NCBI GenBank assembly: GCA_002269645.1
Contig: NIVC01000215.1
Coordinates: 62,001 to 126,000 of the forward strand
Direction: 5' to 3'
Length of the DNA stretch: 64,000 bases
Origin: Macrostomum lignano
Taxonomy: Eukaryota
In this document: in pieces, positions 38,029 to 50,261 of the stretch
Position numbering within the stretch: the stretch's first letter is position 1
Layout: each line of letters starts with the position of its first letter
Notes under the pieces: model-generated
What the model saw: only the letters and a program-made list of their open reading frames with translations
What the model was told of the DNA's origin: nothing
Database searches by the model: none
Translations under genes and position numbers: made by a program

Positions 38029-40276
38029 GTAAAGCATTCATGTATGTGTGACATGTGACAATTGTGTTATACATGTTAATGCATGTGTTTATACATGAGC
38101 AAATTTGTGTTGAAAAGTTGGAAATTAACATCCTCATGTGAATTTAGATCACAAAATCTGTCGTTATCAAGATGTAAGCGTGGATTTTCGTAATCAACAA
38201 GTCAAAAACAAACAATAACCTCTCGGCCAATATGTATGTACATTAATACATGTTAGTTTTTTATTGCTACTATAAATGTAGACGTAAATGTAAATGTAGA
38301 CGAACAGAGATTAAATAGATTCCATTCTTATTACATGTAACTTTTCCATATTTTAGCCAGTTTTTGTAGCTACAAAATACCCAAACGAAGAATAAAAAAT
38401 TTGATGTGTGTAGCATCAGCGCGCTATAACCATGCAGTTACAGCTGTATGTTAATTTGGAATCGAATCAATTGGCACAAAGATCAGCTGCGCGTAGCATG
38501 GGTATGGGTACTGTTTGTACCCATAAATTTGGAATTCCAAGTGGAGGACCTCTTGCAGCATGGATGTACATGCATGTAATGTACATACATATCGAGCAAC
38601 TGAAGTGTACAATTAAAGGACGCTATGAGTACACACATACTCGATTTTCTTAGAAATCAACTGGAGGCCAGATAAAGAACGCATATTTGATATTGTCGTA
38701 CCGGTAGTGTGCATTTAGGCTTTACCATTAGACAAATAAGAAAACCCAGGCAACCTGCATGCAACTCATTTCTACGAAAATCAAGTGAAACGGTCCTTTC
38801 AACTTCAACTGTCCAGATAGAACGGGTGTATAGAAGCCGCGCCATGAAAGGGCTTTCGTGATACAAAAGATGCTCACAAATGAAGTTTTTTAAAGCATTG
38901 CCAATCAAAAAGTCCATTTATGTATTGAATAACTGTCGTACTGTACATGAAAAACGAGCAAGACCCACCAAGAGTAATTTCAGGTAAATACTCTCTCGTA
39001 GGGACAGTCACAAGTATTGGAATTCATCTAAAGGAAATACTCGAAAGTGATTTTCATCCAAGCAGGCCGGGAGAGCAAATATCTCGAGTCAACAAATCCG
39101 TGCAGATATATCATTTTTTAACAAAAATGTTTTATCTTTTAGAAGCAGCAAAACACGGGGCTCTCCATCGCCACTTTTAATTATTTTCCGTTCCATTTTG
39201 TTGTCTGCAGTTTGGTAAGGCAGCAAGTAAAAGCTGCAGGCGACGCGTACATCCTCATGCGATGCATTTTAAGCATGTAATTTAAGGTACCCTGGAAGGT
39301 TCCAAAGATCCAAAACAAAAGAAGAATTTTGCTTTGTCCTTTTTCGTATTATGTTTCAGACAACATATACGTTAATTGTATGTAGATATTCTTGTAAAGC
39401 TTTTCCTCTAGAAATCAATAATAGCAGTGCGCAGTTAGACTGGCAATGCTGCCCCAGCAAGATAGTCCAGCTTAGTCACAGAGTCTGACGATGATGATAG
39501 CCAGACGTCCTTGAATCAGACCACGTCCATGCATGTTCTTGTCACCAGTTTGGGACGCTGTGTGCTAAGTTACCATCCATAATGAATGCAACACTGACTA
39601 GAGAATGTCTGCATAGACCTGGCTGCAGATGGGCTGCCTCTTAGCAGCATGACATCCGCCCCTCGCTTGACCCAACCAGAAGCACATGCACACAGTGTGG
39701 TCAGGTCATGCTTCTGTTCTGCAGTTTTGCATTGAGAAACTCGGCTGCGATCCAGTGCTAAGTCATCTTTCGGATAAAAGTACGTACGTACAGTCAACAA
39801 TCTCATTTGGCGGCACGACCTGCTACATTTGCAACTTTGATGCTGCCTAAAGTCCCAATTAAAACGGAGCACAATGCACTGAGTTGTACGGGAAAATGCT
39901 GCTGATATTGTGGCGCTATGCGCAACTGCAACATTTCTTCAATCCAGTTTGACATTTCCATGGCAACTAATTTTATTAATCTAGTTGAATTTCTGCGATC
40001 GCGTATGAGCACACAATCCAGCTGCAGCTGCATGCTGGCTTGTACCGGTTGCGAGTGTGAGGCTCCCAGTAACCGGACAGGGACAATTTGGGAATTCATT
40101 TTCGACGCAGATGTTGTCAGTTTGCAGCGTCGCCCGGCTTAGATGAGGAATAAAATCTAATGCTTGACAGTCAGGCAGACAGTTTGTCTGGCTGAGGCCA
40201 TAATTAAATAACCAGAGCGGGACTCGTTGCTGGGACAATTAGACGATCGGATTAGCGTCGCTGGCTTGGGCCTCGG

Positions 40277-40384
40277 GATAAAAGGAGACCAGCAGCAGCT
40301 CCGTTGACTTCGCTAGCGGGAGAAATTTCCCAACTCTGAGGAGTCGCACAGAAACGGAGGCAGCAAGTGACGATCCCGGTAAGT
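40277..40384 (+). promoter_or_regulatory. Putative TATA-like box and non-coding first exon of the neuropeptide gene
   Basis: gataaaagg at 40277, strong donor ccg|gtaagt at 40379, acceptor aacttacag| at 40739 upstream of the ATG at 40806. Confidence 0.4.
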
Positions 40385-40805
40385 GGAGACAATGTGTCTC
40401 CTCTCGCTTAATGCTAGGAGCCTTGGCCAGACAGGACAGGTGAAAGCCAATAAGAGTTGAGAGTCATTGCTGAGCGGCCTTCGTCCCGACTTTCATAAAG
40501 CGTCTGAATTTGACAGTATTTCAAACTGCTCGCATTCTCTTCTTGCTTTGGCCGGGGCAGCTCAGTGTCTAAAATTTGCAACAGTGAGCAGCGGCAAATA
40601 CCTTTGCATTACTCCCCAATCATCCATTGTTTTCAGCTCGAGACTGGGACATCGCCACGCGACGTGAGTGTTGGCTCCTGTGTTCTGCACCTGTTCACAA
40701 CTGATTTTGCTTCTTAAAAGCTGTAATCTCAACTTACAGAGCTCGCATCGCCCTATTTTGTAATCCGTAGGTTGATTCAAACCAAAGCCAAGCATAACAA
40801 CAGTG

Positions 40806-41354
40806 ATGCGGGGTTCTGCCATCCTTCGAGCTGGCCTCTGCCTGATACTCTCTGCTGCGTTGGTCACCGCGTCAGCTGAAGCAGCCGAAGCCACTTCGGC
40901 CAGACACGCTGACCATGGCGGCCTGCAACGGCACGAGGCGCCTGTTGAAGCGGCGACTGTAGCAGCGTCTGATGACGAACGAATGCTTGGCGAGGAGAGC
41001 GACGCTGCTGAGATGGAGATGCCGGATCACGACGCTTTGAAAGAGGACAAGCGTGCTCCATTCTGGAAGCGGGCTCCATTCTGGAAGCGGGATCCATTCT
41101 GGAAGCGGGCTCCATTCTGGAAGCGTGCTCCTTTCTGGAAGCGGGCTCCATTCTGGAAGCGGGCTCCATTCTGGAAGCGTGCTCCATTCTGGAAGCGGCT
41201 CCATTCTGGAAGCGTGCTCCATTCTGGAAGCGGGCTCCATTCTGGAAGCGTGCTCCATTCTGGAAGCGGGCTCCATTCTGGAAGCGTGCTCCATTCTGGA
41301 AGCGGGATCCTTTCTGGAAGAAGCGCACTCCGTTCTAGAAAAAAGTCGCAGTGA
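40806..41354 (+). CDS. Secreted neuropeptide precursor with tandem KR-flanked APFW/DPFW peptides
   Basis: ATG 40806, signal-peptide-like MRGSAILRAGLCLILSAALVTASAEA, acidic spacer, then 8 KR-[A/D]PFW units. A 1-nt deletion at about 41198 shifts the frame; if restored, 7 more units and KKR-TPF-stop (41338) follow. AATAAA at about 41458. Confidence 0.85.
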   Translation: MRGSAILRAGLCLILSAALVTASAEAAEATSARHADHGGLQRHEAPVEAATVAASDDERMLGEESDAAEMEMPDHDALKEDKRAPFWKRAPFWKRDPFWKRAPFWKRAPFWKRAPFWKRAPFWKRAPFWKRLHSGSVLHSGSGLHSGSVLHSGSGLHSGSVLHSGSGILSGRSALRSRKKSQ

Positions 41355-42829
41355 TAACCACCCAGAATGAGACATGACTGCATGGCAAAAGCAATTTACA
41401 GCAAAGTTATTGACTGGCCTACTATGTTGTTGGTTCACTTGACGCAATTTGGCTTTAAATAAATAGACAGAAGCATAAAGGACAGCTTTTTTCCTATAAA
41501 CAGATGGACGGTCACAGCCAAAATGGCTAAAAATACTCGCATTTGATTTGCAGTTATTTGCGCTCGTTCGTTAGTTGCTGATTAGTGAATACTACAATTT
41601 AGACGTGTTCGAGACGTCCTACTGTAGTTCGAAAGCTCCCTACCTCCCTTCGCAAGCCACAGACATGGATCTCTCCATCGAATTCGTAAAATTTTATTGG
41701 AACTCACGGCAGACCGCTCGCTGAGAATGTCTATGGCCAAAGGACCGTTCTCAACGCACCCCAATTCAAATTTTCGAAAAAAAGCAATCGATCAAGCATC
41801 GTCTGATAAAGCCGCCAGTGTAGCAAGTTTAGAAAGTGTGCACAGCTACACAAGCCGGACTCAAGTTACTCGGCATGCAACATTATTATGAAAGACTAAG
41901 CAAACAGGACAGATTGATACTGATCAAAGCTAAAGTCGGCAAAAGAAGCATTTCGTATTAGTGAGGATCTCGGATCCGACACGCGAGGTAGAAACCTTGC
42001 CAGATCTTGTCTGTTTTTTCGCGACGTCTTTGTTGGCCTATCGAAAAATATACTTGGCTGTGACGCCATCACACGAACTTAGTGGACTATAATTGTCTAT
42101 TTTGCCTAGCTTATGTTGCCCCCCCCACACGGCACAATGTCCTAAGACAGGAAACGGAAACAGAGAGAACTCCGAATTAGACAGATCGGGAGAAATAGAT
42201 TAGCTGAATATAAGCCGAACTGGCTGCTTTTAGGCTGAATTAGACAGATTGCACGCCGAATTAGGCTGAGTTGGAGCTAACAGCGGTAGGTACAGGATGC
42301 CTATGAAATGAGACAGGCCCTCGAGCTGCAGTCTGGGATGTTTTACACCTGCTCAACCTCTTTTTTAGAGCAGGCGTGGCTGGAGATTTAATCTCCACGC
42401 TCAGCGCTGGTCACCCTTCCGAAGTTTTCGGCCTTTGGCAATATGCTGCAAAAGGTACGGGCTATCCGCCCTATTGGAATAAGTGTAAAAAACCTGCGGA
42501 CACGCGACACGGGGTCTAAAATTGTAGCTCAAAAACGCGACGCGACACAGAACATATTAACTTTCGCACCGAATACAGGCGTAGTACTAATTAGATGACG
42601 AGGCATGTAGCCTCAATAAGACTGTTAAGTTACTCTTACGGTTTATTCAAAAACTGCAACGCGCCGCGACATCACCTGCCTTGACTGCAGCCGCGACGCG
42701 ACACTGGAAAATTACGAAATTGCGACGGACGGTTGGACGCCTTTTGTCCACTTATTCCGGTGCACTTACCCTACTTGTGCGTGATCAGGTGCCTCTGGCT
42801 ACGGCTCTGAGATAGAGGTGATACCCTTT

Positions 42830-44005
42830 GATCGTAACAGGGTATGCAGCCAGACTGTAGGACCTGGCACTGCTAATTGCTGCCCTCTAATGCCTAAGGT
42901 GTTGACCGCGCCGAGGGGCTGGAAGGTCGTGGAGCTAAACCCGCTAGCGGTTTCCTTTTTCTTTCTTCTTCGTTCTTCCGTGACTCTGCTCATCCTTTCC
43001 CGCTTTCAGCCATGGCTTCTACCGCCGCAAAAACTCCTGCTGAAGCCGGGACCCCAGCAACTCCGTGATTCTGATGCCAGCGCCGCCCTGCCGAGAGCAG
43101 TTGGGCTCGACGCCAGCTCATCTGGTGACAAACACACATGAGCACCCGGGCCCTCCGCGGAGGCCCGACGTGCTCGCAATCAACGCCGCGACAACGCGAA
43201 AGGTAGGTAGCGGGCCGGCCACTTGTGGAGGGGAACCTTGGGAAGGCGATGCATGCTGCTGTCGGGCCGAAAGGAACCACAGTGACCCCTGCCCCCAGTA
43301 AACAATCCCCGCTTGGTATGCCACCCAGCAAACCCGCCATCAGCGCGGCCGGGCCTCCGGGAGCCACCGCCAACTACGCCACAAAGGTCAAGCTCCAGCC
43401 GGCGGGCATTGTTTTCGGGGAGGAGCAGGACCTCGACAACTCGACAGTGTCTCGCAGTGTCCCCCTCTCCGATCACAAGTTCATCTCCTTTAAGTTGATG
43501 GCCGTGCGCATCGCGAATCGCATCGCATGGAGACGGAACGCCAGAAACACTGATATGAAAACCTCAGGCTCGCGCTTTACTCGTAGAAGTTTCATCAGTC
43601 TTCAGGCCAACCATCCACGATCACGTGCGCGACCATGCTGACAAAGACGCTAACCGCCGCCTTTGAGGCATCCTGCCCTTTAAAAGCCTTACATGTATAA
43701 AGGGAAAAGATGTGCGCCTCTGTCCCAGATCAGCATCCCACGGCTCATCCAGTTCTTTCGGGCGACAAGACGAGCAGCCACTTTCTTCTCTTCGGAAGAT
43801 CACGCTGCAGGACGGACTGTGTGGACCACTGGCCCTGACCGGCACCCACGCCTCTGCTTGTTTGCGGGCCTTCAGGGGTTAGCGGAATGGGTGACCCTTG
43901 CCTCCCCGCTGTGTCTTCGGACCACTCTGCAGCTAAGTCAAGTAAGTCAAGGCTGCTGGAAGCGCTATTCATTCTGGAAAAGGGTAGAGGTCCTAATTAA
44001 GTCCT
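42830..44005 (+). mobile_element. Degenerate non-LTR retrotransposon ORF2 fragment (APE endonuclease end plus linker; LOA/R1-like)
   Basis: PLSDHKFISFKL then RRNARNTD (compare SDH and RNPRxTDW of APE elements), TAAFEASCPLK, WKRYSFW; interrupted by stops and frameshifts. Confidence 0.6.
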
Positions 44006-44032
44006 AACTAAGCAGGTTGAAGGGGCCTAACA

Positions 44033-44333
44033 AATAATAATGATTGATTACACCTGCCCTAATGAGCAGATGTGCAACCGACAGCTCAGCCGCAGCTATT
44101 ATGCGGCGCATCTGAAGGCTGCGTAAGGCTGTTCAGTCCAAGGACTGGGGGGGGGGGTCGCCACACACACCCAAAAAGTTACCCCATCTGCATGAGTGAA
44201 CTGAAGCAATGCAGAGTTAGGTACATGTAGGTGCCTTGCTCAAGGACGCAATATTTTTCGAGTGTGTCGACCTTACAGTCGCGAGTCCGACACTCTAACC
44301 CCTAAGCTGCAATCGCTGTTGTAACCAGCTATA
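44033..44333 (-). mobile_element. Second copy of the CORE-type SINE
   Basis: Reverse complement of 1558-1868 (agatgtgcaaccgacagctcagccgcagct..., ccttgctcaaggac); aagcaggttgaag on both flanks (44010-44022, 44334-44346) as a likely TSD. Confidence 0.75.
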
Positions 44334-45289
44334 AAGCAGGTTGAAGATCTAATAAAACATAAGTAAGATCGAAATAAGCCAATCAGAAGAGAAATTTTTG
44401 AATTAGACGTCCAGAGTAGTAATTTTCGTTCAAATTATCTGGTTAATTTGCGTTAACTGTGTTCAGGGATGTAATGATGGAGTTGAATTCTTCACTTGCC
44501 TCAAGCCAATTGTCGCCTATGACTTCAAGCCAGGTCGGGCGGTAGCTCGTATTCTCTAAATCTGCATGGCTTCGACGAAGGGAAGATTTAACTTCCGATT
44601 GCTCGAAGGGTCCTTGTTCTCACGATGGGATAGAATTAGATATCAGAAGCCCCAAGGGCAGGGAATTTACCTTCACACCATCGTCACTGATTCCTGCAGT
44701 TGAAATAATTGTCAAACCTGCATAGTTTCAGTTATTTCAGTTTTTGTCACTTTTCTACATTGCAGCTACACGAAATTTTGTGCCGAGGCCCTGACAGACA
44801 AGCGACGGAACGACGATACCAGAAATTCGTCTACATGTACCTCGGCGGTCTGGCTCCCGATCTGAAGCGTCGGTGACGGATTGCCTAAAGGCTTCTTGAC
44901 TTACTTCTTGACTTAGCTGCAGGGGGCTCCGTGCGTCCGGAAACAGCGAGGAGGCGTTGCCGCCCATTTCGCTAACCCCTGGCGACCACGAGCAGCTAGT
45001 GCTGCGGTGTCGCGCAGGGAGTTCCGGTGGCGCCGGCGTCCGCAGCGCGGTCCCCCTCCGGAGAGTCCAGGAGGTGGATTGTCGCTCGCCCGGTAGCCCT
45101 TAGGTAGCGGACGAGCTGGCAGAGATTCTCGGGCCTGAAAACGTCGGAGAGGTCCGGGTTTGGGCCGAGGTAGGTGAGCCTGTCCTGAGTAAAGGCGGGG
45201 CATTCACAGATGAAGTGCTCCGCATTCTCGACACCGGAGAGGCAGAAAGGGCATTCCTCACTGCGGATTTCCCCTGGAGGTAACGATGC

Positions 45290-45470
45290 CTGGCCTAAAG
45301 GCTTCTCTTCGTCCTGCAGTCCGAGGCCAGAGTGCGGTGGACAAGATATTCAACAACACTGGCTGTACAACGCCGAGTCCTGGACGCTGACCAATCACCA
45401 ATGCGGCAGCTACATCATTCTCACCGAGTCGAGTAATCTGCAGAAGATGCTGCCCAGGCCCTGTGAAGCT
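45290..45470 (+). mobile_element. Possible RTE-clade LINE 3' fragment
   Basis: LYNAESWTLT resembles the LYGxExWTLT motif downstream of RTE reverse transcriptases; short and isolated. Confidence 0.35.
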
Positions 45471-47845
45471 GTTCTCATTATTTGATCTTTTTGATTTGGT
45501 AATCTGTTGTACTGTGTCGTCTCATGAAGTGTCACGTCAAGCTCGATAGGATGAGCTCGACGAGTTCTGCCTTTTCAAGGATGTGGGATTTTTTACTTTT
45601 CTGAATTTTGGACACTTGTCAGGTGTCCAGTAATCCATCCAGGTTCCGATTTTCTTGATAGCCGTTGAGATTAGACTATTAGGCTAAAAGGGTCTATAAA
45701 TGTACATGTATAGCGGCATGCTTGTACAGATTTTTCATGTTAAGCTCGAACGTAGCAGTTGAAACTTAAAACCGATATCGTGTTGCTAGGCAAACTTCTT
45801 TGTCCAGTGAAAGCGGGAGAACGAAAGAGAGAATCATGCAGTCTCCCTATCGCTTGTTTGCCATGATATCAGTTCCCAACAAACTGAAGTTTACCTGCGA
45901 AAGGAGGAGCGTCTTAAGGCAATAAGACCTTTATTGCACACAGGTGCAGTCACTGAATTGCTTGCAACTTGCAGCAAGGCACCGTGTCCTTGAGAGACTG
46001 GGTGCATCTTACAACTGATGGACAGCTGCAGGGACAATTGTTAGTTCAAGTCACATCTATTCCTATACATATTCTGATACGTTAGGTTCACAGGCACTTG
46101 AAAATTGATGAGTATACTATGTAAAATTTTCTGTATATCTGACAGCAAATTGCAATTTTTAAAACTCAATTGCGCATTCTGGAAGCATTTCTAGTGGATT
46201 TTCTTAACATAAATGCAATTGTATTCGTTTTACGCAGATTTTGACCACAGGCAGTATATTGTACAGTAGGTATAACATGAATATATGTACATGTACATAA
46301 AATTTATGTAATTCACCTACATGTAGTTGTATAAGTCACAGTGCAGCTAAATAAATAGGAATTTTATGTTTACTTACAGGGTCAAGAAACTAAATGCTTA
46401 TTTATACCAACATGTAAACTACACGTATGATAAATTAAGTTTACATGTTTACTAGAGTAGGTTCAATATCTATAAATGTAATGAAGCTTCCGTTTTCTAA
46501 ATTTCCAAATCTCTTCAGCTCTGCAATTTTTAGTCACCTTGCTAATTTAATTGCTTACCCAAAGTATTAGCCATTAACATTTTTAATTCTACATTTTCTT
46601 CAACTTCTTTTTCAGTAGTAATTGATGTACAAAACAGCTAAAATCTACTTTGGCCTCCTGCAGGGGAAATTTTATTGTAAGTAAGTATTTGAAATGGCCT
46701 TTTAACAGGGAAGCCATGATCTAAATAGTGCCAGTACAACCTCTTATAATAAAAATTTACCTGGAATTTACCTTAGTGTGCAATTTGAAGGTGAAATAAA
46801 TTCATTTTTAACGCAGTAGTCCACTCATTTATTCTAGGTTCCGCTAAAAACTTTTAAGAACACGGTTAAACAAAACGTTTTATTCGAATTAAAGCTGTAA
46901 TATTTTATCCACCAAATATTTCTTAAAGAATAAAAAATAAAAATAAACTTCTAAAAGCACGCTCAAAAATGTGCTTTAGTATGTATGCATCTGGCATTGC
47001 GTCGTTGTTTGTCAATTTTGACTTCGATCTTTCTATATATTTTGCACCGTCTATGATAGAAATAAACTTTCTTTCTTCATATGAAAGCCAACAATCAACA
47101 CATTCAACACATTCATACATTAACATGGTAACTTTAATAAACCATTTAACTTGCATCAAAAGTGTATTCCAGTAAGAGATGGAATTATAGGACAAGGTCG
47201 GAATTGTGGATAAGAAAAATAAAAATGATGAAAATGTTTAATAATATAATATTGAGTTTTAATTTTTTAAACCCTTACCACATCTAGCTTTATGAGCTCA
47301 GCACTAGCAGAACTGCAACTACTGTAAATTTTTTGTGTCAAGGCAATGATTTTCCTATCAATATAATTAAAATAAAATAAAATTTTTATTATTCTTCTAT
47401 TAAGAATAAATATAAAGTTATGGTCAAAACAAAAGATAATTACCATTACTTCATCTAGAACAATTTTTTTCTAATTCTATGTGATAATTCTATCATTTTA
47501 ACTACTTATTTTTATTACATTTTGTTTGTTGGAGTAGTGGTGTACTAATGAAAAAGCATTTAACGTTAAAAAACTTCCCTACAAATTCGTTTTAATGACC
47601 AAATCATGTTTAGTATTTTATAATAAGTCATTTGCATATACATTTTATCAGCAAGTAGCCAATAAACTTTAATTTCAATTCAATGCAAGCTATATATCTT
47701 ATTTATTGTCTTGTGCAAGAATTAGTGCGCTTAAAATGTAAAAAACTTACTATATGAAATCACGACACTGTTTTGTTTTTGTGTCTTAAACTCCCATTGG
47801 TTTTCATTGCATGTATAAACTATTCAGACCTGTGAAAAAGTCGCT

Positions 47846-49926
47846 ATGACCTACACGCAGGGCTATGTCGAGAAAAAGATCCGCCACAGAAAGGTTGTTC
47901 TCTTCGAAAAATCCTCAGTACCATCGTGCAAGCAGTGCCGAGTTATTCTGGAATCGTACGGGCTCAATAAAGATCGCCAGGGTGTATTCGAAACTGTCAA
48001 CATCGAGGCTAGGACCGACTGTTCGCAGCTGGAAGACTATCTCCTCACTAAGACGCTGTTTGATAGGAGAGAAGTAAGTTAAATTTTACATGTATGCTCA
48101 GGAGTACCGGTATATGCGGCGCTAAATTAATGGCCTGAGCACCTGTGGCGCCAAAATGATTGTCTGCAGTGCCAAAAATCATGCAGTAATAACAACACTG
48201 ATTCCTAAATACAAGCGTAATAGGGGGGGGGGGGAATTTTTCGTCTATAATTTTTGGTTAGTCTCCCACCTGCACCATAAAATCCATGGGGACACCCCTG
48301 TGTAGGTTAGGCTTCCCCTTTCTTAATAGCCTACTAAAAGTAGCACATTTAAATATCAAGTTAATATAGCTTACAGTAAATACGAGAAATAGAAACTTTT
48401 TGCTGCATTTGTCACGCAGTACTGTAAACTTGATGCTTAGCATTTATATTATACAAAGTCAAGCAAATAAAACGTGTGGTAGGACGCCGCTCTGTCTGGG
48501 GCTTCGGCCTCTGGTCCAGCATTGAGAGGGCAGCTGTGGATGCAATGCAGGCCCAGTGCCCGAGCCCCCCCCCCCCCCGAGGGACGCAATTTCGCAGTAG
48601 GAAAGCCAGTAAAACCGCAACTGCCAGTTCTATTTAGGATTGTAAATCCCAAGTCTTAAGGCTGTTTTTATTTCGGCGCACTTCATGCCCGTGACCTTGC
48701 TGAATCAGTACCTCTTTGAGACTCAATATAAACGGATAAATTTTATGGAATATCACAAATAACTTCAAATGAGATGGCTCCCCCGCTTGAATGCATTGGC
48801 GCCACGTTCAAACAAAATGGCGCCCCGCTCAAATGAATTGAAGTTTTTTACGAGCCATACCAGGGTTTCCATACTAAAATCGTAACGCACCATTTTCAAA
48901 CGATGTATGCACTTATTGTTATATAAAAAGTACAATTCGTTCCACTCGCATGTCCGCAAAGGCCCATTTTTTTAGTTACAAACTTTTCTTTCCTGATCGT
49001 CTTGTCGGCAAAGCTTATCTACTTGTCCCGTTCCCAGTTCACAATAAGTCAAAGATGCGTTCAGAAAAGAGAAAGTGTGAGAGAAAGAGAGAGAGAGGGA
49101 GAGAGAGAGGGAGACGAAAGCAGCAACAGCTGTTTCCGCAGCAAACAAGCAAACAAGAATGTCTACGGAGTAGCACAGTGACATGCAGAGCCAGCGCACT
49201 TCTCTGGAACAAAAATAGTTTTTTTCTTTTATTCTTATAAAGTTTCCGATTTGCGAATTTCTGCTTCGACAGAGCCGTAACCCCCCCCCCCACCCCGAGC
49301 GCCTTCTTCACCGATGGGGGAGGGTTTCTGTCAGCAGCTGCTGCGCGCTGTTGCTTGCATACGCTGCAGCATCCCTGCAATTTGTATTGAAGGAAAAACT
49401 TTTCTGCTTTTGCATAAAGCCAAACACACAATTGGGTTAAAGATGCAGAAGACGCATTTGCGGTAGGTCGACTGCAAGCGATGTGCTGCTGTAAACTGCA
49501 GCTGCATGGGCCTGGTCTGCCTGTCTGCCACGATGATAGGCGAAAGTAGACCCCTACACTATATACAGTACTGTATACTTTTGAAGCGCAATAAAAAATG
49601 AAACTACCCCCACCTAGAGCCGAAACTACCCCACCTACAGCCGAAACTACCCCACCTACAGCCGAAACTACATGTACTCCACCAACAGCTAAAACTACCC
49701 CGCAAACAGGCTCACCAAAAGCCAAAACTACACCCCTTAGCAACTACTTCAAATTCCAAGTGAATTACAGCCTCAACTGATCAATCCCAAATCCCAATTC
49801 AAACAGGTGCCTCACCTGTTCGTTGACGGCCGGCACATCGGAGGCGAGTTTGAGATCAAAAGATTTCACGAGAGCGGCGAATTGAAAGAAATATTCCGCA
49901 AGTCTGGCATCACTGGACTGGCTTAA
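47846..49926 (+). CDS. Glutaredoxin-family protein, 2 exons (47846-48073, 49807-49926), 115 aa
   Basis: KKIRHRKVVLFEKSSVPSCKQC, VNIEARTDCSQLEDYL, RE|VPHLFVDGRHIGG..RFHESGELKEIF follow the Grx fold pattern (KxxCPYC, TVPxxF, IGG); GT-AG intron, phase 0. Confidence 0.85.
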
Positions 49927-50261
49927 GCTAATGCCAATTTTGCTCTTTTTGTCATACTTGGATTAACTGCTTGGATTACTTGGTACACGTATGCTGTCAC
50001 ATTACACTAAGGATAAATCTTATACCAAACGCTGTATACGATAAATTACATGGATATGATGTCTTTTAGACTGTAAAATAGTTATAAAATCAATAAAATA
50101 CTTTTTTTGCTGCAGCAAATAAAGGGCTAAAATATCGCTCAAGCGGAACTTTGCAAAGAATAAATTCTGAGGAAATAAAGTTAACAAGAACTTGAGCCGC
50201 CTAGCTAGCTGAGGCTTTCTTAGTTTAAAAAAAATAAAATGATTGAAGTTTTCTCTTGACT

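Noticed and set aside
40864-41447. Minus-strand ORFs (FQNGAR and MEPASR repeats) over the peptide array
   Set aside because: Antisense shadows of the 18-bp coding repeat; only the + frame has a signal peptide and dibasic cleavage logic.
47918-47940. Selenocysteine as an explanation for the odd Grx site
   Set aside because: The codons read tca gta cca tcg tgc aag cag tgc; there is no in-frame TGA.
49039-49743. 234-aa minus-strand ORF inside the glutaredoxin intron
   Set aside because: Built from short repeats (gccgaaactaccccaccta, GA runs), no ATG start and no protein-like motifs.
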